64,000 bases of DNA. Source: an uncultured Gemmatimonadales bacterium. Its GTDB lineage: Bacteria; Gemmatimonadota; Gemmatimonadetes; Gemmatimonadales; GWC2-71-9. A program made the position numbers and the translations under genes. The DNA lies in the NCBI GenBank assembly GCA_963742755.1, contig CAVUMU010000010.1, forward strand, positions 141,263 to 205,262. Direction: 5' to 3'. Below are positions 59,275 through 64,000 of the stretch, piece after piece (the first letter of the stretch is position 1; each line of letters starts with the position of its first letter). The notes under the pieces were generated by a model. That model saw nothing but the letters and a program-made list of their open reading frames with translations, did no database searches and was not told the origin of the DNA.

Positions 59275-60207
59275 TCAACTGGTTCCATTGGATTGCAGTG
59301 CGACCATCGCCGCTACCTCGACAATATCATCGGAGGTGGCTCCCCGCGACAGGTCGGCCATGGGGCAGGCCAATCCCTGAAGGAGGGGGCCGATGGCCAC
59401 CGCACCCGCCAGACGCTGCACCAGCTTATAAGCGATGTTGCCGGAATCGAGGTCAGGAAATACCAGCACGTTGGCCCGCCCGGCTATGGGGGAGCCTGGC
59501 GCCTTCCGCTCCCCCACCTCGGGGCTGAGGGCGGCATCGGCCTGGATCTCACCATCCGAGGCAATGTTGGGAGCAAGCTGCTGAAAGCGCGCCGCCGCCT
59601 CCTGCACCCGGGCGACGTGGGGGCCACCGGCGCTTCCCTTGGTGCTATACGACAGGAACGCCACTCGGGGCGAGTCACCCACGAGCTTTGAGCGGTCGCG
59701 CGCCGCCGCCAGACCGATCTCGGCCAGCTGGCCGGGGGTGGGCTCGGGGACCACCGCGCAGTCGGTAAAGGTGAGCACGGTGTCGTCGGGAAGAACCATA
59801 TAGAAGGAGGAGCTCACCAGGCTGACACCGGGGGCGGTGCCGATCGCCCAGAGGGCAGCGCGCACCACATCCCCGGTGGGACAGGCCGCGCCCGCCACGC
59901 AGCCCTCCGCCTCGCCCATGGCTACCAGTGCGGCGCCGAAGCGCAGCGGATCGGCCGCGAGGTCGAGGGCGTGGACCCCGTCTCTTACCCGCTCCGGGCG
60001 GCGCTCGCGCAGGAACTGGGCGATCCGGCCGAGACGAGGGTCGGCTGCCGGATCGATTCCCCGGCCGCCGAGGACGATGGGATCGACCACCCGCTGGGAG
60101 CGCAGCTGTTCAGCGGCAGCGTGGACGCGGGGGTCCGCTCCCTCACAGAGCACGACCCGGGCGCGGCCGCTGGCCGCACGCTTCAGCAACCGGTCGCGAA
60201 AGCTCAT
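59275..60207 (-). CDS. pta: Phosphate acetyltransferase (short form)
   Basis: EGADPRV, DCAVVP, LSYSTKGS, DGEIQADAA, FPDLDSGNIAYK, DLSRG. Confidence 0.92.
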   Translation of the reverse strand: MSFRDRLLKRAASGRARVVLCEGADPRVHAAAEQLRSQRVVDPIVLGGRGIDPAADPRLGRIAQFLRERRPERVRDGVHALDLAADPLRFGAALVAMGEAEGCVAGAACPTGDVVRAALWAIGTAPGVSLVSSSFYMVLPDDTVLTFTDCAVVPEPTPGQLAEIGLAAARDRSKLVGDSPRVAFLSYSTKGSAGGPHVARVQEAAARFQQLAPNIASDGEIQADAALSPEVGERKAPGSPIAGRANVLVFPDLDSGNIAYKLVQRLAGAVAIGPLLQGLACPMADLSRGATSDDIVEVAAMVALQSNGTS

Positions 60208-60686
60208 AACCGGAACCGCCGGGCGAGGGCGGTGGCCACGACCGGGTGCACCATGGGGCGCACATCGCCGCCGAACCTCGCCACCTCGCGCACCAGGCTC
60301 GAGCTGAGATAGGTCAGATCCACCGCGGGCACGAGAAAGACGGTCTCGACCGAGGGGTGCAGCTGGCGATTCATCAGGGCCATCTGAAACTCGTACTCGA
60401 AGTCGCTCACCGCACGAAGGCCGCGCACGATGATAGTGGCCCCGACCTTCTTGGCGAATTCCGCCAGCAGACCATCGAACGATTGGAAGGAGAGGCGAGG
60501 GTCGTCTCCCGCGGCGGCCCGAAGCATGTCCAGCCGCTCCTCGACGGTGAAGAGCGGCTGCTTGCCGACGTTCATGGCCACCGCAACGATAAGGCTGTCC
60601 GCCAGGGTCAGGCTCCGGCGGATCAGATCCTCGTGGCCCCGGGTCAGCGGATCGAATGAGCCGGGGTAAACGGCGATACGAGTCAT
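60204..60686 (-). CDS. coaD: Phosphopantetheine adenylyltransferase
   Basis: YPGSFDPLTRGH, RGLRAVSDFEYE, SSSLVRE. Confidence 0.97.
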   Translation of the reverse strand: MTRIAVYPGSFDPLTRGHEDLIRRSLTLADSLIVAVAMNVGKQPLFTVEERLDMLRAAAGDDPRLSFQSFDGLLAEFAKKVGATIIVRGLRAVSDFEYEFQMALMNRQLHPSVETVFLVPAVDLTYLSSSLVREVARFGGDVRPMVHPVVATALARRFRL

Positions 60687-61195
60687 GGCGCGTGGCAGAA
60701 GGTGATGGCGGTGTCGCCGTAGCGGCGGGTGTCACCGTCGAGCTCGAGGGCGCTGCTGTGCTCGACGGAAAGAATGCGCCCGAACGGGGTACGGCGGAAG
60801 AGCGCCACCAGCCTGGAGGCGTGATCCACCGTATACGGCGGATCCGCCAGCACCACGTCGAACGCGCCCGGGGGGAGCCGCTCGGCGAAACGCATGGCAT
60901 CGCCCCGGTGCACCGTTGTGGCTCCTTCCGCGCCGAGGGCGGCGATGTTTTCGTGGAGTGCCTTGAGGGATGGCGGGTTCAGCTCCACAAAGGTCACCGA
61001 CTCCGCGCCCCTCGACAGCGCCTCCAGCCCGAGGGCCCCGCTACCGGCAAAGAGGTCGAGCACCCGCGCGCCGGAGAGCTCATCGCCCAGAATGCTCATC
61101 CACGCCTCTCGCACCCGGTCTGCGGTGGGGCGAACCCGGGTGTCTTTGGGCCTGACCAGGCGTCGTCCACCGAACTGGCCCGCAACGATTCTCAA
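60683..61195 (-). CDS. rsmD: 16S rRNA m2G966 methyltransferase
   Basis: RIVAGQFGGR, RPTADRVREA, LDLFAGSGALGLEALSRGA, DPPY; TTG start. Confidence 0.95.
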   Translation of the reverse strand: MRIVAGQFGGRRLVRPKDTRVRPTADRVREAWMSILGDELSGARVLDLFAGSGALGLEALSRGAESVTFVELNPPSLKALHENIAALGAEGATTVHRGDAMRFAERLPPGAFDVVLADPPYTVDHASRLVALFRRTPFGRILSVEHSSALELDGDTRRYGDTAITFCHAP

Positions 61196-61235
61196 GGGCG
61201 GTAAGGACGGGAAAGGCGGGAAGTACCGGAAGGTG
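61196..61235. repeat. 9-mer AAGGRCGGG-like array
   Basis: aaggacggg aaaggcggg aagtaccgg aagg; same unit as at 55290. Confidence 0.55.
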
Positions 61236-61319
61236 CGCCCAGAGTGCCGCAGTGCTCGAACATCGTTGACCTCCTTGCCAAGGCCTCCCACCCTCCAGTC
61301 TGTACGTCTGTCACGCCTT

Positions 61320-63041
61320 CTACGGAGCATGGGGCGACAAGGCACACAACCGGGCTTGCAGCGTGACCATTCCGTTCCACTCATTACACTCGATTCGAAA
61401 CGCCGCATCGACCAGGTCATCTCCCAGCCAGGTGGTCCGGTCGGCCCACTGGAATCCGATGACGGACACCCGCGTCCCGCCGTCATCGAGCACCCCCTTG
61501 AGATGGCCGTTCCCCACCACGCTCCGATTGGTGAAGCGAACGCCACGAACCCCGAAGACCGGACTCGCGTTGCCCTGGCCGCACGGCTCCAGGTACCGAC
61601 AGAGACGCTCGAGCTCATGGGTGACCTCGTGCAGACCGATCTCCAGATCCACCCGCTGCTCCGGCCCGAGGTCCTCCGGCGCGAGCGCCTGCCGCGCCAC
61701 GTCACCAAATCGTTCCCGAAAGGCATCGAGCTGGCTGCGGTGAATGGTGAGGCCGGCGGCCATCCTGTGTCCACCAAACCGTTCGAGCAAGTCGCCACAG
61801 GACAACAGCGCGGCATGGAGATCGAAGCGGGACGTGCTGCGCCCCGAGCCTTTGCCGATGTCGCCGTCGAAGGCGATCAGGAACGTGGGACGGCCGTACC
61901 GCTCGACCACCCGGGAGGCGACGATCCCGACGACGCCCGGGTGCCAGCCGTCTCCCACCAGCACCAGGCCGGCATCCCGCTCCGGGTCTGCGGTGCGCTC
62001 GACCTGCTCCAATGCCTCGTCCAGCATGCGCTGGTCCAGGGCCTGGCGCTCGACATTGAGTCCCTCGAGCCGCTGCGCCAGCGCCGCGGCCTCTACCGGA
62101 TCGTCACTCAGCAGCAGGCGAAGCCCATCGGTGGCATCCGCCACCCGGCCGGCGGCATTGAGCCGGGGTCCGAGCACGAAACCCAGGTGGCGAGCGACGA
62201 TCTCCTTGCCGGTGAGGCCGGTGGCCTCGACCAGGGCTCGAATGCCCAGCCACCTGCTGTCGGCCAACAGCTTGAGGCCGTGGCGCACCAGAATCCGGTT
62301 TTCACCCTGCAGCGGCACCACGTCGGCTACGGTGGCGAGCGCCACCAGATCCAGCAGGTGGAACGGAAGGTTCACCGGCAGGCCGAGCGCTGGCACCAGG
62401 GCCTGCACCAGCTTGAAGGCGATTCCGGTTCCGCAAAGGTTGTTGGCACCCGACCGGTCGTCGGCCCGCTGCGGGTCTACCACCGCCTGCGCCGGCGGCA
62501 GCTCGGCGCCTGGCAGGTGGTGATCAGTCACGACGACACCGATCCCGGCCTCGCGCGCGGCGCGCACGGTGTCCACCGCCGTGATGCCACAGTCGCAGGT
62601 GATGATGAGCGAGGCGTTGGCCGCCTTGGCGGCCTCGAGCCCGGCAGGCCCGAAGTCGTAGCCGTCGCGAAGGCGATGGGGGAGGAAAGGCCGCACATCG
62701 GCGCCGGCCAGACGCAAGGCGCGGGTGAGGAGCGTCGAGGAGCACTGGCCGTCGACGTCGTAGTCGCCATGGACCAGGATGCGGCCGCCGGCCCGGACCG
62801 TGCTCGCGATCGTCTCGACCGCCTCGGCCATCCCGGCGAGCGCATGAGGATCGGACAGGTCGTCCAGTGCCGGCCGGAGAAAGCTACGAGCCGACGCCTC
62901 CGACCCGTGACCACGCTGGACCAGGAGGGCGGCCAGGGCCGGCGGAATCCGTAGCGAGGCAGCCAGCGCCGCCACCTGAGCCGGATCGGGCTCGGGCACC
63001 ACCGCCCAGCGTAGCATTGGCGCGGGGAAGACGCTCACCAT
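61320..63041 (-). CDS. recJ: Single-stranded-DNA-specific exonuclease RecJ
   Basis: GDYDVDG, TCDCG, TDHH, TVADVVPL, PRLNAAGR, GSGRS, GGHRMAAG. Confidence 0.96.
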   Translation of the reverse strand: MVSVFPAPMLRWAVVPEPDPAQVAALAASLRIPPALAALLVQRGHGSEASARSFLRPALDDLSDPHALAGMAEAVETIASTVRAGGRILVHGDYDVDGQCSSTLLTRALRLAGADVRPFLPHRLRDGYDFGPAGLEAAKAANASLIITCDCGITAVDTVRAAREAGIGVVVTDHHLPGAELPPAQAVVDPQRADDRSGANNLCGTGIAFKLVQALVPALGLPVNLPFHLLDLVALATVADVVPLQGENRILVRHGLKLLADSRWLGIRALVEATGLTGKEIVARHLGFVLGPRLNAAGRVADATDGLRLLLSDDPVEAAALAQRLEGLNVERQALDQRMLDEALEQVERTADPERDAGLVLVGDGWHPGVVGIVASRVVERYGRPTFLIAFDGDIGKGSGRSTSRFDLHAALLSCGDLLERFGGHRMAAGLTIHRSQLDAFRERFGDVARQALAPEDLGPEQRVDLEIGLHEVTHELERLCRYLEPCGQGNASPVFGVRGVRFTNRSVVGNGHLKGVLDDGGTRVSVIGFQWADRTTWLGDDLVDAAFRIECNEWNGMVTLQARLCALSPHAP

Positions 63042-63066
63042 GACAGTGTACCCGGTTGGCCGGGCG

Positions 63067-63786
63067 TCACGCTGACCCCGCCGGCTCGCTTGGGTACAGA
63101 ATCGCGCCGCAGGCCTCGCACGCGTCAATCACCTGGCCGGCCCGGATCTGACTCCTGCGGTGCATCGGGATCGCTGTGTTGCAACTGCCGCACGTGCCAC
63201 CGACCAGAGGAACCACCACATCGCTGGACCGGGTCCGCCGAAGACGGTCGTACCGGACGCGGACCGATTTCTCCAGCTGGACCGCACTGGCCTCGCGCTC
63301 GCGCACCGCGGCATCCCGGTCCGCCTCCAGCACCCCGCGGCGCGCCGCGACCTCGGCTCGCTCGGGAGCCTGGGCGACCTCGACCGCCTCCAAGCTCCGC
63401 TCCGCGTCCTTGACCTTTAACTCGAGCTGAACCACCATCTCCGCGCTCCGCACCCAGTCGTTCTCTTCCTTGGCCATGACCGACTGGGCCAGGTCCAGCT
63501 CGGTCATCAGGGTCGAAGCGTCCTTGGGATTCCGCACCTGCTCCAGTCTCAGCCGGCGACGGTCCTGGAGAATCCGGTAGCTGTCGATCCTGGTCTCCAG
63601 CTCGTCCCGTTTGCGCTGCCCATCGGCGGCCGTTTGCCGGGCCTTTTCCAGCAGCTCGCGTGCGCGTTTCAGCACCTCGTCCAGCCCCGCGGTCTCTGCT
63701 TTCAACTCGGCCAGCCGCTGCTCGCGGGCGGCCACCTCCGCATCCTTGGCTTGTAGATCGATCAGCTTGAGTAGATCAGGGTGCAT
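63067..63786 (-). CDS. Coiled-coil plus C4 zinc-ribbon protein (DUF164/CT398-like)
   Basis: LIDLQAKD, long coiled coil, CGSC and CEACGAILY. Confidence 0.9.
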   Translation of the reverse strand: MHPDLLKLIDLQAKDAEVAAREQRLAELKAETAGLDEVLKRARELLEKARQTAADGQRKRDELETRIDSYRILQDRRRLRLEQVRNPKDASTLMTELDLAQSVMAKEENDWVRSAEMVVQLELKVKDAERSLEAVEVAQAPERAEVAARRGVLEADRDAAVREREASAVQLEKSVRVRYDRLRRTRSSDVVVPLVGGTCGSCNTAIPMHRRSQIRAGQVIDACEACGAILYPSEPAGSA

Positions 63787-63998
63787 TAGGCTCCTCGAGG
63801 AGGCTTCGCGGTGCGGTTCTCTCTTCGCGCCGCCTTCTGATATTCGTACCACGCATCGGCCGCAGGGAAACGCCCCCTGAGATCGGCGCGCATCCGTTGC
63901 TTCTCGCCCGGCTCAGTGAGCGCATCCATTTCGCGATAACGGGACCGGGCTCGGAGGATCTGCGTGGCCTTGTCGTAGAGCGTGGCGACTTCCTGGCT
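63786..63998 (-). CDS. 3' end of a gene running off the window (unidentified)
   Basis: Open frame SQEVATLYDKATQILRAR...KPPRGA*; its TAA overlaps the next ATG (TAATG). Confidence 0.6.
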   Translation of the reverse strand, partial: SQEVATLYDKATQILRARSRYREMDALTEPGEKQRMRADLRGRFPAADAWYEYQKAARRENRTAKPPRGA

Positions 63999-64000
63999 GC

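Noticed and set aside
63786..64000. Naming the partial gene dnaG from its position
   Set aside because: No primase motif is visible in the 70 residues available

Overview
High-GC bacterial chromosomal window, most likely Gemmatimonadota (inferred from gene order and protein styles, not tested). It has three zones. (1) 1-11.9 kb: a secreted TPR-type protein, a decayed extracellular protease locus (subtilase and PrcB-like pseudogenes), an acyl-CoA carboxylase beta subunit, an outer-membrane barrel, and the tyrA-aroA-cmk-rpsA cluster interrupted by two opposite-strand genes. (2) 11.9-34.4 kb: an accessory zone ending at tRNA-Leu(TAA), with a C-terminally frameshifted glgX, a DEAD-box helicase, a NagB/PIG-L fusion, a DcmR-like HTH-MEDS regulator, many small DinB/GNAT/VOC/YciI/TerB/DUF genes and gene remnants. 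(3) 34.5-64 kb: a long, almost entirely minus-strand housekeeping run in transcription order zinc-ribbon protein, recJ, rsmD, coaD, pta, rsbV/W/U-like module, rsmA, rex, arcA, DEDDh exonuclease, MBL hydrolase, infC-rpmI-rplT, pheST, zapA, rny, folD, xseAB, ispA, dxs, nadK, recN, then galK. I saw no integrase, transposase, CRISPR array, rRNA or recognisable defence system, and I cannot claim a clearly novel system. The best leads are a structured infC leader with promoter, terminator and CTG start, an orphan partner-switching module inside a CoA/redox gene run, the HTH-MEDS/VOC unit, a HARE-HTH-like DEDDh nuclease coupled to a lone arcA, and families of inverted 7/8/9-mer intergenic repeats. 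All family calls come from motif recognition by eye.
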